A stretch of 64,000 bases of DNA from the human T2T-CHM13v2.0 reference genome, Homo sapiens. The stretch is from the NCBI RefSeq assembly GCF_009914755.1, contig NC_060947.1. One strand, written 5' to 3'. The translations under genes were made by a program, and so were the position numbers. Position 1 is the first letter of the stretch. Each line of letters begins with the position of its first letter. Positions 43,389-56,375 of this stretch are shown here, one piece after another. The notes beneath the pieces were generated by a model, which did not search any database, was not told the origin of the DNA, and saw only the letters and a program-made list of their open reading frames with translations.

Positions 43389-44410
43389 TTGCAATTTGGC
43401 ATGTTTTTGCAGTGGCTGGTACCGGTTGCTCCTTTCCATGTTTAGTGCTTCCTTCAGGAGCTCTTGTAAGGAAGGCCTGGTGGTGACAAAATCTCTCAGC
43501 ATTTGCTTCTCTGTAAAGTATTTTATTTCTCCGTCACTTATGAAGCTTAGTTTGGCTGGATATTAAATTCTGGGTTGAAAATTCTTTTCTTTAGGAATGT
43601 TGAATATCGGCCCCCACTCTCTTCTGGCTTGTAGCATTTCTGCAGAGAGATCAGCTGTTAGTCTGATGGGCTTCCCTTTGTGGGTAACCCGACCTTTCTC
43701 TGGCTGCCCTTAATATTTTTTCCTTCATTTCAACCTTGGTGAATCTGACAATTATGTGTCTTGGGGTTGCTCTTCTCGAAGAGTGTCTTTGTCGTGTTCT
43801 CTGTTATTTACTGAATTTGAATGTTGGCCTGCCTTGCTAGGTTGGGGAAATTCTCCTGGATAATATCCTGAAGAGTGTTTTCTAACTTGGTTCCATTCTC
43901 CCCATCACTTTCAGGTACACCAATCAAAGGTAGATTTGGTGTTTTCACATAGTCCAATATTTCTTGGAAGCTTTGTTCATTTCTTTTCACTCTTTTTTCT
44001 GTAATCTTGTCTTCTCACTTTATTTCATTAATTTGATCTTCAATCACTGATATCCTTTCTTCTGCTTGATCGAGTCAGCTATTGAAGCTTATGTATGCTT
44101 CACGAAGTTCTCGTAATGTGGTTTTCAGCTCCATCAGATCATTTAAGCTCTTCTCTACACTGTTTATTCTAGTTAGCCATTCATCTAACCTTTTTTCAAG
44201 GTTTTTAGCTTCCTTGCAATGGGTTAGAACATGCTCCTTCAGCTCGGAAAAGTTTATTACCGACCTTCTGAAGCCTACTTCTGTCAACTCGTCAAACTCA
44301 TTCTCCATCCAGTTTTGTTCCCTTGCTGGCGAGGAGTTGTGTTCCTTTGGAGGAGAAGCAGCATTCTGGTTTTTGGAATTTTCAGCCTTTCTGCTCTGGT
44401 TTCTCCCCAT
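43389..44410 (-). pseudogene. L1 ORF1 (RNA-binding protein), disrupted
   Basis: MGRNQSRKAENSKNQNAASPPKE... stops after 111 aa; later fragment LIGVPESDGENGTKLENTLQDIIQENFPNLARQANIQIQ. Confidence 0.95.
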
Positions 44411-45009
44411 CTTTGTGGTTTTATCTAACTTTGGTCTTTGATGTTGGTGACCTACGGATGGGGTTTTGGTGTGGATGTCCTTTTTGTTGATGTTGATGCT
44501 ATTCCTTTCTGTTTGTTAGTTTTTCTTCTAACAGACAGGCCTCTCAGCTGCAGGTCTGTTGGAGTTGGCTGGAGGTCCACTCCAGACCCTGTTTGCCTGG
44601 GTTTCACCAGCAGAAGCTGCAGAACAGTAAATACTGCTGCCCGATCCTTCCTCTGGAAGCTTCATTCCAGAGGGGCACCTGCCTATATGAGGTGTCTGTT
44701 GGCCTCTACTGGGAGGTGTCTCCCAGTCATGCTACACAGGGGTCAGGGACCCACTTGAGGCAGTCTGTCCATCATTAGAGCTCGAACGCCATGCTGGGAG
44801 AACCACTGCTCTCTTCAGAGCTGTCAGGCAGGGACGTTTAAGTCTGGAGAAGCTGTCTGCTGCCTTTTGTTCAGATATGCCCTGCCCCCAGAGGTGGAAT
44901 CTAGAGAGACAGTCGGCCTTGCTGAGCTGCGGTGGGCTCTGCCCAGTTCGAGCTTCCCTGCCACTTTGTTTACACTGTGAGCATAGAACCATCTACTCAA
45001 GCCTCAGCC

Positions 45010-45180
45010 ATGGTGGACTCCCCTCCCCCCACCAAGCTCCAGTGTCCCAGGTCTATCTCAGAATGCTGTGCTAGCAGCGAGCAAGGCTCCATGGGCATGG
45101 GACCCACCAAGCCAGACAGGAAGGAATCTCCTGGTCTGCTGGTTGCAAAGACAATGAGAAAAGCGCAGTATTTGGGCTGA
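45010..45180 (+). CDS. L1 antisense ORF0-like frame, 56 aa (expression unknown)
   Basis: MVDSPPPTKLQCPRSISECCASSEQGSMGMGPTKP resembles my recollection of the L1HS ORF0 N-terminus (MAGAPPPASLPPCSLISDCCASNQRDSVGVGPSEP); gccATGg context. Confidence 0.5.
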   Translation: MVDSPPPTKLQCPRSISECCASSEQGSMGMGPTKPDRKESPGLLVAKTMRKAQYLG

Positions 45181-45689
45181 AGTGTACCGCTCCTCCAGGT
45201 ACAGTCACTCATGGCTTCCCTTGGCTAGGAGAGGGAAATCCCCCGACCCCTTGTGCTTCCTAGGTGAGGCGACACCCCATCCTGCTTCGGCTCACCCTCC
45301 ATGGGCTGCACCCACTGTCCAACCAGTCCCAATGAGATGAACCAGCTACCTCAGTTGGAAATGCAGAAATCACCCGTCTTCTGCATCGATCTCGCTGGGA
45401 GCTGTAGATTGGAGCTGTTCCCATTTGGCCATCTTGGAACCAACCTCCCTGTTCTAAATACATCTTAAATCAATCCTATGATGTAGGTGCTGTTACCATT
45501 ATAGATGGGGAAACTGAGGCACAGAATGGCTCCAGTTCCTAGGACCTAGACATGAGGGTCTGTTTTAACATGATGATATTGATCCTTCATGAGCAGAGAC
45601 AGTGACAATGAAGGGAGAAGAGAATTCAGTAACATCCGCTGCCTCCTCTTCATCTCTGGCACCACTGCCTAAAACTACTACGTACTCCT

Positions 45690-46380
45690 ACCTGGACCAT
45701 AGCAGCTGCCTCCTTCCTGGCCTCCCTACGTCCACTAGTGTTTGCTGCAGTCCATTCTGCACACAACCATCAAAGTGATCCTTTAACTCATGGGTCACAC
45801 ACTGGCGTGCCCCTTTATAAACTCTTCCTTTCCTTCCCACTGCACTTAGGATGAAATCCAAGCTCCTGGCCATGGCCTGCAAGGCCCTGCATGACCTGGC
45901 AAGCTGTTCCCACCGGTCCAGCTTCATGCTGGGCCATACTCCCTTGGCACACTGGCCCATCACCAGTTTTTAAAATACATCACCAGTTTTTAAAATACAT
46001 CACCAGTTTTTAAAATACATGCAAGCTCTTTCCTGCCTCAGAGCATTCATACCTGCTGTTTCTTCTGCTATTTTTCCCATCACTTCATCCTCCAGAACTC
46101 TGCTTAATGTTACCTCCTCATACTTGAGTATCCCTCCCCCTCCTCCATGTTTTCTGTATCTCAACACACTCATTATATCCTTCATCAATCTTCTCACAAT
46201 TTATTAATAGAAGTCTTTTCATTTATTTGAGTAGGTCCTTGATTTCTCTTTACTTCCCCCACTAAACTGTAAGCTCCATGAAAGCAATAACCATGTCTAC
46301 ATTGTTTGCTGTTGTACCTCCAGCACTCAGCACAATGCTCCTCTCATGGTAGGTGTGCAATCAATATTTATTGACACACA
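45690..46380 (+). mobile_element. L2 3' region
   Basis: cccactgcacttaggatgaaatccaagctcc...ctaaactgtaagctccatgaaagc...caatatttattga. Confidence 0.8.
45958..46020. repeat. Perfect 20-bp tandem triplication
   Basis: (caccagtttttaaaatacat)x3 at 45961-46020, preceded by cat. Confidence 0.97.
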
Positions 46381-48178
46381 AATGGCTCGTGTATCTGGCA
46401 TGTCTAGGATGTCTATTTGGAAGCATGAAGGGTTATGGCTGGGGCTCAGCTCCTCTGACTTCTCTCACTGCCCCAAATCTTCTTTATACCCCCTTGCCTG
46501 CCATTGTGTGCCCCAGACACGAGCAAAGGCCTGTCTCATTCCAGAGAGTGGTACCCTCCTTGGAATTTCAACACAAAGAGGCCACAGATCTGTTGCATAG
46601 CAAGAAAAGATAGTGTCTGTTGCAATTGGTTCTCTTGGCCTTGTGGCAGGATGCAGAGTGAAAAATAGAGGGATATTAGAAGTTCAATAGTTCTCTCGAT
46701 GTCTAGAGTATCCAGGGAATGTTATTCCCTGAATAGCACTTATAGAATACCTAATATGTTATTCTTTCACTATCCTCAGCCACCCAAAATAGTTGAATCT
46801 CTGACTCACAGATAATCAGTCATGTATATATTCACCCTCCAATAATTTAATATTACAGAAAGTGAACCAGAATTCAGCTTTGCACCTTTGGAAGTTAATT
46901 TCTTCTTTGTATGATTACTAGAGATATTCTCTGATAAGGGTAACGAGATGTATAGATTTGGTCTCTTCCCACCTTGCTGACATTCCTTGAATTTTTCTCA
47001 GGAAGACTGATCCAAGGCAAATCACATTTTTTCTCATCACCCCACCTTTGTCCTGGCCAAAGGGTGAACTATGGGAAGATCTCATGGGTGGTGTTCTAAA
47101 CAACTTTCCCTTGATTAAATAACCCTTCTCCCAAGGGCTACTTGTGTGGGTTAAATTACTTAAAAATAAAACAAACAATCCAGAGTAAGAGAATTAGTTT
47201 GAAAAACAGAAGGTTACCAACAGCCTTGCCCTGTACAGCTGGAAAAGATGTGAAACGCACAGGCTCTAAGCACCCAAGAGGATAAATAAACGTGTCGCAG
47301 GTGCCATTAAGAAAACACATCTGCACACTGTCAATGGTGAGGATAAACACACGATTGTTTTCCCTTTCATGAGAAGCAGTGATGGGGAAAGGCGACTTAT
47401 GGACCCTATCCAGTTCTGTTCAATTTACAGCATCTCAAGGTTGAGGGATGGGCACTTATCCAGCCTTGATGCATTCCCAAAATCTCTCATCAGAAGCAAA
47501 TCTTCAAAGAAAACAAATAGTATGTTCATTCTCCTCCCAGTGCACAGACAGGAGAACAAACAAGGAAAGAAAGAAAATGCCCTAAAGGTTATCTGGTGGA
47601 CCTCAGTTGCCCGAGATTGTGATTTTAGACCCGACATCCTTCTCTGGTTTTCCTCCTTCTCCTAATCCCCCTGCCAGTAGGAAGATCAAATGGAACTGAC
47701 ATAAATATCCTTCCCAGCTGTTAAGTGTAGCCATTGTTTCTTCTTTTAACACTACACTACACTCCAAACTTCCAGGGTCCATCAACTTCCCTAGTGTCTT
47801 AATGAAATAGATTATACATTTTTATGAACCATAATCAGAATTCATGAAAGATAACTAGGAGCCTAGGGAATTATGATGGATCCATTCAAATCCTCATGGA
47901 CTTAATTTGAGAAAAGGTTCAAATGCACAAGAAAATAAAGGCGACTTTTGGAGATGCCAGGCACCTGGAACCTCTGTGCTTTGTATTTCTCGGGTTACTG
48001 ATAGTTTGCTATAGAAGTCATGAGTTGAATCTTCTTCATTTTTATTAGATCAAATGCCTCTTATATTATGTGCCTAAATTGGAAAATGGAATATGATGAA
48101 TGTCTTACACCAGGCTTAGAGTCAAACATCTATATGCCCTTAGCCACCTGAATTTTAACATTTGATCTAAAGTGGATT

Positions 48179-48219
48179 AAATATCCACTTTAAATTGAAA
48201 TACCCACTTTAAATTGAAA
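48179..48219. repeat. 19-bp tandem duplication
   Basis: aaatatccactttaaattg / aaatacccactttaaattg. Confidence 0.9.
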
Positions 48220-48999
48220 ACCTCAATTTTTCATACTAATAGAAGGTGGCCAAAAAAACCTGCCAACACCTCAGAAATCATTCACATTTGACTTTGGAAA
48301 GTGTTCCTGGTTTATTGGCTGACATGCTGAAAGTTGGCTCTAAAGATAATAATGAAGAAATATGGAAACTGACTCAGAGTTAGAAGCCTGTCTGTGTCTA
48401 CCTCATTCTGTCTTGTCTCCCTTCCTCTACTTTCTGTACTTCATCAAACTCTTTCCATTTTCTCATCTTTAAAAAGGGATAGGAGTGTTTTGGCAGGGTG
48501 GTTAAATGAGAATGTTTCTAAGGACTCCTCCAGTACTATAGTTCTGCAGTTTAATAGAACATATATGCCCTGATATAACTTCCAGCTATTCATTCATTCA
48601 TTCAACAAACTTGTTTGTGTGAGTGCCTGTTAGGTGTTACTGTGCTAGCCATGAAACTAGCACCATTCTTGTCCTAGAAATAATATAAAATATGTTTGTT
48701 AAATATGTAGTAAGCATTTCATAAATGCTCTTGAAGGGTGTACACAATAGAGGCTATAACAGCTTCTCTGAACAATCCTGTGGTTAATGATGTTCTTTAA
48801 TTATGCCAACATCCAATACCTCATGTTAAAGACTTTTAGCATTTTCCAGATGTTGGAAATGATCAGAAAATTGTATATTCTCAGTAACTATGAAGAATAA
48901 TCTGAGTTCTTAGTTGTGGGTGCTGAGGCCCAAGAGGTATATCCTTCATCAAGGTTACATGTGGGTAGAGGTAGATGCCTCCTGCATCCCAGCATTGGG

Positions 49000-49245
49000 T
49001 TAGTTAGCTAAGAAAGTAGGCTCGAGGCCCAACTGCCGGGGTTCCAATTCTGTCTCTGCCACCTATAGGTTAAGTGATCTTGAGGAAGTCATTTAACTTC
49101 TCTGTGTTTTAGTTTCCTTCTCTGTGAAGTGGGGCTGGAATAGTAACTGGCTGCATAGGGTGTATGGATTCAGTGAGTTCCTATATATCGAAATACTCAA
49201 GAGTGTAAACAGTATAGTTTCATGTGTAATAACAGCCATTAGCAA
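49000..49245 (+). mobile_element. MIR
   Basis: ggttccaattctgtctctgccacc...aagtcatttaacttctctgtgttttagtttcc. Confidence 0.75.
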
Positions 49246-50269
49246 CAAGAAGTAAGGCTGGACTGTTTTCTCACATATGGCAGAAATTCAATTGGTGTTA
49301 TAAAATAATCAAAACTGGTAAATAGCCAGTTCTTAGATCTATCTGTCCAAGATATTTCATGAGCAGATTGTATTTCCACAAACAAAGAAAAACCTGTTTA
49401 CAACTGTACCTGGCATATAGTAAGTGCTCAATAAGTGTTCGCTAGTATCTTGCGGCACTGCTCTCATCTCCTGCAGTGTTGGAGAGGGTGTTTGAAGCGC
49501 TTTATTGGAGTCAAAGGATAATGCTCCCACCCCCTGACTCTGTGCGCATGTGTGTGAGTGTGTGTGTATGTGTGTGAGTGTGTACCAGTGTACAAAAAGG
49601 TGTGTTGTAGTGGAAAATCAAGTAACTCACTCAGTAAATTATCTCAGCCAAAAGTTCAGTTGCAGGAAATCAAATTCGGATTTGTAAGCCTGGTGAAATT
49701 CAAATTCCTTTTAAACATTTATTGCCATTTCTAGGCAAGAAACATTTCCCCTGATCATATCATTCTGGCCGGGAAGTCTTGCGTTTTAAAGCAAGTAAAA
49801 AGTGAAAAAAATAATTCTCAGTACATGACACAATTTACAGTTAGCTCCTCAGGAATGTGTGTCATGTTTTAAACTTGAGTAGGTTGATGCTCTCCAAACA
49901 TCCTAGTCCTTCGTATTTATAGAGTGCTTTATTTTAGTGTGTTAACAATGAATGAGAAAAAGCGGAACTTTCTGTAGGCATTTTTTCCTGATGCTATTTT
50001 GATTTGAATGCAGCCTTGCTTCTCCTGCCTTTTTCAAGCACTATAGGATTCCATTCTCTCTCTCTCTCTCCCCCTGCTCCCCCTCTCCCTCTCCTTTTTA
50101 TCCCCAAAGGAAACACTTTAATTGCCTTTATTGATGAAGAGAGGAAAAATCTAAACATCAGGCAACCAGGCTAATGAGGGACAGGCGGACATGCCAACTA
50201 ACAAAGAACAAAACCAATTACCCCCTCTTTACGCAGGCATAGCGGATCCAGACGGAAACAGTGAAGAAC

Positions 50270-50718
50270 TGTAGCAGATACTATGAGTGCCCTGCCCCTA
50301 TCCCCTTGGTCCAGTCGGTGGTCACCTGTAGCTCAGTGGAAATTGGCTACACACCTAGTTTCTCACCTCAAGAATTGCAGTCTCTCTGTCTGAAGGCTTT
50401 CTCTGGGCTTCAGGAAAGTATTCAACACCCACTCCACCCTGCTGCAGAGTAACTGGCAACCAAAGTTGGGTGAGGGGGATGATTTGGTGGGAGAATACCC
50501 TAGATTCCTCCCGGCCTTGGTGAGATGTGTTCTCTACTCTCCCTCAGAGGGTCCCCAGCAGGATGGAGTCCCAATTGCCCAAAGTGGCTTGTACTGGCAT
50601 CCTTCCCTTCCCTGTCTCACATCCCCCCATTTCTTTCTGGCCTTCCTAGAATTACCCAAATCATGCACCTGAATCATCCTTTCAAGGTCTGCTCTTTTGG
50701 GGAACTCAAAATAAGACA
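50270..50718 (+). mobile_element. ERVL solo LTR (LTR16-like)
   Basis: TG...CA ends (tgtagcaga...ggtctgctcttttggggaactcaaaataagaca). Confidence 0.7.
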
Positions 50719-50934
50719 AAGACCTAAAAATATTTCACCAATGATAGTCATTATCCTGCCCCTTTCCCCACTCTCTCCAAATGCCAGAAAAAAAAAAAAG
50801 AAGGGAAAAGATGGACTGTAGAGCTATCATAAAACCCTTCATTTGAGCATTCTTTAATGCCATACACTAGTTTGGGATGTACAGTTCTCTTTAGGTACTA
50901 AAAGCTAAGGTGTCTTCAGCTGCTAATTTTCATT

Positions 50935-51215
50935 AAGCTATTCAACAAGTATTAATTGAGCACCTACTACGTACCACACACTATCCTGGGTACTGGGATG
51001 ATCTTAGTGAACAAAGCAGAGAAAGTCCCTTCCCTCTTTCTCTAGTGGGAGGGGGCAGAGAAGAAACAATAAATGTAATGAATAGATAAAGTAGATAGTA
51101 TGTTAGAAATGGATAACTGCTATGAAATAAAGCAGTCTAGCCGAACACTGAGCACAGGAGCTCAGCAGTGGGAGGCGTGGGGAACTGGTTGCAGTGTTAA
51201 CTAGGGTTAGCAGTA
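50935..51215 (-). mobile_element. L2 3' end
   Basis: attcaacaagtattaattgagcacctactacgtacca...agtgaacaaagcaga...gtccct. Confidence 0.8.
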
Positions 51216-52148
51216 GCTTTTCTGTCTCCTGCGGAGGACAGAGTGTGGAGCTTGATGCTGTGATTTGTTGCTCCTGCAAGATAGCCACTCCCCCTTCTCA
51301 TTTCCCAAGTCAGTCTCCAAGGAGAAGCTAATGCTATTAATAGTCACTAAGGACAGGAAACAAATGTCTGTCTTCTCTCCAGATGGAATTCTTTGCTCAC
51401 ATTGACTTCTTTACTCATAACTAGAGCTTGGCTAGCAGTATACATGAAGAAGTAAATGTTCAATGAATGAAGCATGCATGTCGGGAACTCTCTGATTGAA
51501 GTCCAGTTGAACTTTAATGGGCAACCTTGCTGTAGCCAGGACCACTGGGGCGGGGAGGGCAGTGAGGAAGTTGGAGAGTATGCCTCGTTCAAATTCCCCT
51601 GTAATTAAAAGTGAAGCTTAATCATTAGTTTCAAGGGCATGGGGTGGCTCTCGAGCACAGTGGGGAAATCTGAGTTTCACCTTCTCTTGCCTCCTGGGAC
51701 CATGCAGATGTGATCTCAAGGCTGTGACTCTGGATGAGGTTACCAGGGAGACAGGAAGCAAGGGGTAACTCCAATATCCCTCTTCACAGGGTGACATCAG
51801 AATGTGAGAGGACAGGGCTCAGGTTAATTCTGGCAACATCTATTCCTCGTATTGTTCCTGGAGAGGAGTGAAAGTGTGGAGAGAGAACTGGGCCACGTCT
51901 ATGACTGGGAAAGAAGGTGGAGAACTGATATTGAGGAAACAATGGAGGCTTGCACCCAAGAGTTGATGGTAGAGGGTCCCCCAGAAATGGGAAGAGAGAC
52001 TGGAGGTGGGGGAGCCAAGCTAAAGAATCCAGCTGAGAAGACACAGGGGCCACTGCAGAGGGTGTTTTGGGCATTGGGACCACCAGCCATGAAGGGAACT
52101 GAAGGAAGGGAGAGAAGTCAAAGACACACAGGAGAAGTGTGTTGGAAT

Positions 52149-52234
52149 TGGCTAATAATTCCAACAGAGTAAAATGAGGCCATCTGTAGCTGGCTAATAA
52201 TTCCAACAGAGTAAAATAAGGCTGCTGCAGCTGG
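52149..52234. repeat. ~42-bp tandem duplication
   Basis: tggctaataattccaacagagtaaaat at 52149 and 52191. Confidence 0.92.
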
Positions 52235-53754
52235 TTTATTCTCCACTCTGTGCTTTCTGTGGAATCGCTTGGAGGAAAGGCAGGCTGGCCTTTGGAATTA
52301 ACAGGTTAATTAGGAAATTGGGATTTCCTGCTTTCTAGGGCTGCCTTTCACCTTCCCCTTCGTGGTGACTTGAAACTGATGAAGGCAAGATCTCCTGCGA
52401 ACGTTTGGAATGAAACACTTTGTCAGGAAAACAAGCAAGGAAATTTGACAGCTGCTTGATGTAGGACAGTCATTAAACTTTCAAGAATGTAGGTCTTCTA
52501 TTATTTAGTGACGTTAATCTCTCTTCCAAAAAAGAAACAAAAAAGATTCCAGAATTGCAGAGTGAGAAAGTTGTGCCATTGGCTCTGCTGAAAGTCACCA
52601 AGGGCCCTGCCTCCACACTCCCTTTCTTGATGGGGCTACTGAGCTGGTCCCGTCCGGCCATTGAATTAAAATCAGATAATTCAGTTGGGTTTTCGGGAGC
52701 TGTTATGGAGGCCTCAAATTTATTCAGTTTCCTCACTTACTTTCTCTTTTCTCTTCCATTACCTGCTTTTTAGCTATTTCCCTACTTTTAAAACCCAGCA
52801 TTGGAGAAATGGGGCGAAGAAATAAAACTTCAATCAACCATTTGTTCTGTTGCCTGAGGGTGTTTCTGGGAGGAAGATTTGGTACAAAGGGAAGTTGAAA
52901 TGCTGGCCAAAAGGAGATTTTACAAAATTCTGTAGCTTTCCTTGTTTCTTGTCACTGAAGAGGGATAACTAAGAATTGATATATTTATTTTCCAAGAAAG
53001 GCTGAAACACCATAGGGGGTAAAAGCAAGGTTGTGTAGCAGGGTTTTCTTCAACTCCATCCATACCTAGAAGTGAGAGGGGTTGTCCAGTTAGGAGGTGG
53101 ATGAGGGAATGATAGGAACTGCTCCTCTGGTGGCTTTGAGAAGAGAGAGTCCTTGGCCTTTTCTTGGATATGCTAGAGCTCTTCAGACATGGAGGACAGT
53201 GCGCTCCCTGGGCCTGCTAGGATACAACCTGACTCTGCACAGAGAAGCCTTTTAGATGCATGGTGTGTTTCCCCACATTCTAGGTGGCTGCAATGGGGGC
53301 TAAGTGCTCAGGGGTGAATCCTGCCTCTGCAACCTTCCTGCAGCACGACCTAGGTCAAGTCACTTGGCCTTCGTGTGCCTCAGTTTCCTGTTCTTTAAAA
53401 TAAAGATAATAAAACCCAGATTGTATAAGTGTGTGCTCACAGGCAGACATTCATACCCATACACATATGCACACAGGTATGTAAAATGGATGCCAAGTTA
53501 GGAGGGGCCATAGCCAGCTGTGAGTCTGAGTTAACTGGGTCAGGATGGTATGGGCATTGAAGCCCTGCCTTGGCTCCCACTGGGACCATATGCCAACCTA
53601 CTGATTGAGTCATTGGTTTGGTCTTTCTATCATGAGTTGGAGTTTAACTGCTCTGGGAAGAATCTGGATGTTTTATAACTTTTGGGGTAGAACATTCCAC
53701 CAGGCTGTTTCTACATGTCATTTGGAGTGCCACTTTCCAATGATCTTGCATAGC

Positions 53755-53920
53755 TAATCAACAAATATTTCTTGGCCACTGTGTACATAATTCTAGGTGC
53801 AGGAGATACAGGGGTTTGCAAGTCAGATAAGGTCCTTGAGCTCAGAGAGCTTATATCCTAGGGAAGAGAGGGAGATAATGAACTATGTCAGGTGGCGGTA
53901 AGTGCTATGGGAAGGATACT
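53755..53920 (-). mobile_element. L2 3' end relic
   Basis: tcaacaaatatttcttg...ttctaggtgcaggagataca...agagcttatatcctag. Confidence 0.65.
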
Positions 53921-55579
53921 GCAAATCCATCCCATAACAAGTAATGCCTCCAACTCCATTCATTCATTTGGTATTGATGGATCCTCTGAGGATGATGTAA
54001 CGAGCCTCCCAACTTCCAGGTGTTTACACAAATCAATCCTCTCTCCTTCCTCCCTAAACAAGGTATCTTGTGTTCAAGGGAATGATCTGGAGTAGTTAAT
54101 CTTAAGCAAAACTAATTCAGCCTTGAAATGCCCACCAGACGTGGCCACCCAAACAAATTATTTCCGCCAAAGGAATGACACAGGTGAATTCGGAAGACCT
54201 AGATTTGGACTGGCTGTTGCGAGGAGGAATTCCCTCAGCAGATAAGCAACTCCCGAAGGAAACGAAGGAAAGTCAGTCTTCATGCCATCCCACCTTGCCT
54301 CACCCTGCCCCACTTCACGTTTAAGCCAGAGATGTCCACAAATTATTGTAGGATTTCCCTGTATACTTTCCTTTGTTAGGTTTGACTGGGGATAATATCA
54401 TAGCTCTAGTGAAAGTTTTCTGCTATTTGGTGGGTTGTAAATTGAATCTTAATGAGGTTTTAGAACAATGTTCATGTAAAAATATATTTAGGCCATTTCC
54501 AAAATGGAGCTTATTAATCCAATTATGCAAATGGATGTGGCAACCAGCAGATGTCCCTGATTCTTCTTCCTCTCTCTCTGTCTCTTTTTCCTGCTCTGTT
54601 TTCTGAGAGGGTTGGGAGTTGGCATAGAGGAAGCCCTGATCGAAGTGGATAATTTGTTTGCTGAGACAGGCAGTCCTGTGTCTCTGTAAGAAGACCAGAA
54701 GCTTTCCTTATGGGGGTATGATGGGCAGTGAGGAGAGTTTGAGCTGCCGAGTTTTCTAGATTCTCTGATTTGAAAATTAGAGACTCTCAAAAGAAGTCTG
54801 TCCTTCCTGAGTAATTGCATCCTGACACTGTTGAACTTCCTCTGGGTTTCGACTTTCATACCCCTCAGAGGCTCTGAGGAGGGAGGACAAAGGAGAGGCC
54901 ACCCCTTCCCTGGGGAGGGAGGGCAGGGTGGGGCACACACCCCAGCTACTCGGGTGGCTACTGCTCCTGCTTTCTGGGCAGAGAAGCTGGGTGTCTTGTT
55001 TCTCCTTTTCCTCTTGCCTGCTGCCTTGGTGGGCCTCCTATTGGTGTTTGTTCACCATCAGTGTCTCGTGGCAGCTGCCACACAAAGTTCTGTTTTTGCA
55101 AAAGGCGGTGGCATCAAAGATAAACGTTGGATTTGGCAGTAATTCATGAATTTTATTCAGCTACTCTGTTCTTGTGATATGAACAAACCTTGTTAGACCA
55201 GAGCCACTAGTGTGGAATTTGGGATGTTGATTCACCAAGGACTAGAAAATGAGTAATGCTGGGAAAGCTGGGAGAATATTTAAAATGCCTCAGAAGATGA
55301 AGCATTTTAAGCATCCCCAGTCACTTGAGGTCCCCTTTTTCAATACCTTTTCACAAACAAATAGTCTCCCTAGAAAACCTTACTGGGTGGTACTTGGTTG
55401 GCCTGGCTTCAACACTTAAAGACGAGAGCTATACTTTCTTTTAAAATATTGTCATCAATATAGGAACTTAGCTTTTTTTTTCATGTAGTCTGAATTAGGC
55501 TGACTTTATAGCTTGCAACATCCTTTTTAATTGCAGAAGTAATGCAGTTGCTTGTGGCTAAAAAAATAATAAACAGTAA

Positions 55580-55738
<159 letters not shown>

Positions 55739-55794
55739 TAAAAGTGGAAAGTAGCCCGTCTCCAAACTGTTCCTTAGAGTTAATCATTATTTAT

Positions 55795-55958
55795 TATTGC
55801 TCTAGCTGTGTGTCGTTGGACTGGTTACCTAACTTCTCTGTGCCTGTTTCCTCATCTGTAAAAGTGAGACAATATTAGCACTTACTTCATAGGGTGGTTG
55901 TGAGGATTTAGTGCAATATCTGACATTTTCTGGGCTAAACTACTATTAGCTATTGTTG
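55795..55958 (+). mobile_element. MIR
   Basis: ctagctgtgtg...aacttctctgtgcctgtttcctcatctgtaaaa...catagggtggttgtgaggatt. Confidence 0.85.
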
Positions 55959-56335
55959 TGAGTAGTATGTGCTTTTTCTGTATATCAGTGCTGAGTACAT
56001 GTTTCTTAGATTCAGACCTTTAGGGGTATGGCAAACATCAATGAGCAGTGTTTTGCCAGCAGCATTTTCACCCAGGATGGGGCGATGTGAGTGAAGAAGC
56101 AGGGCCCTCTGTTTGGTTTTCTAAAGATCCATTGGGATCCAGTGTGGTTAGATTTTCTTCATGGTTGCTCTCTTCAATAAGAGAGGAGAATACCTGGAAT
56201 GGGCCTTTTGCTCTGAGGAGGGGTCCCCCAGGTAAAGCTATTCCTTCCCTTGGAAGCACCTGCAGCCTTCCTACAGATGCCACCATCCAGAGGAGGCCCC
56301 ACCTCCCAGGGATATCATGGGGGATTTATGACCAA

Positions 56336-56340
56336 AAATA

Positions 56341-56373
<33 letters not shown>
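56336..56373. repeat. (AAT)n microsatellite
   Basis: Direct observation. Confidence 0.95.

Positions 56374-56375
<2 letters not shown>

Noticed and set aside
49500-50265. Possible promoter (ETS-like GGAA motifs, CCAAT near 50215)
   Set aside because: Only short common motifs; no CpG island or identifiable downstream exon.
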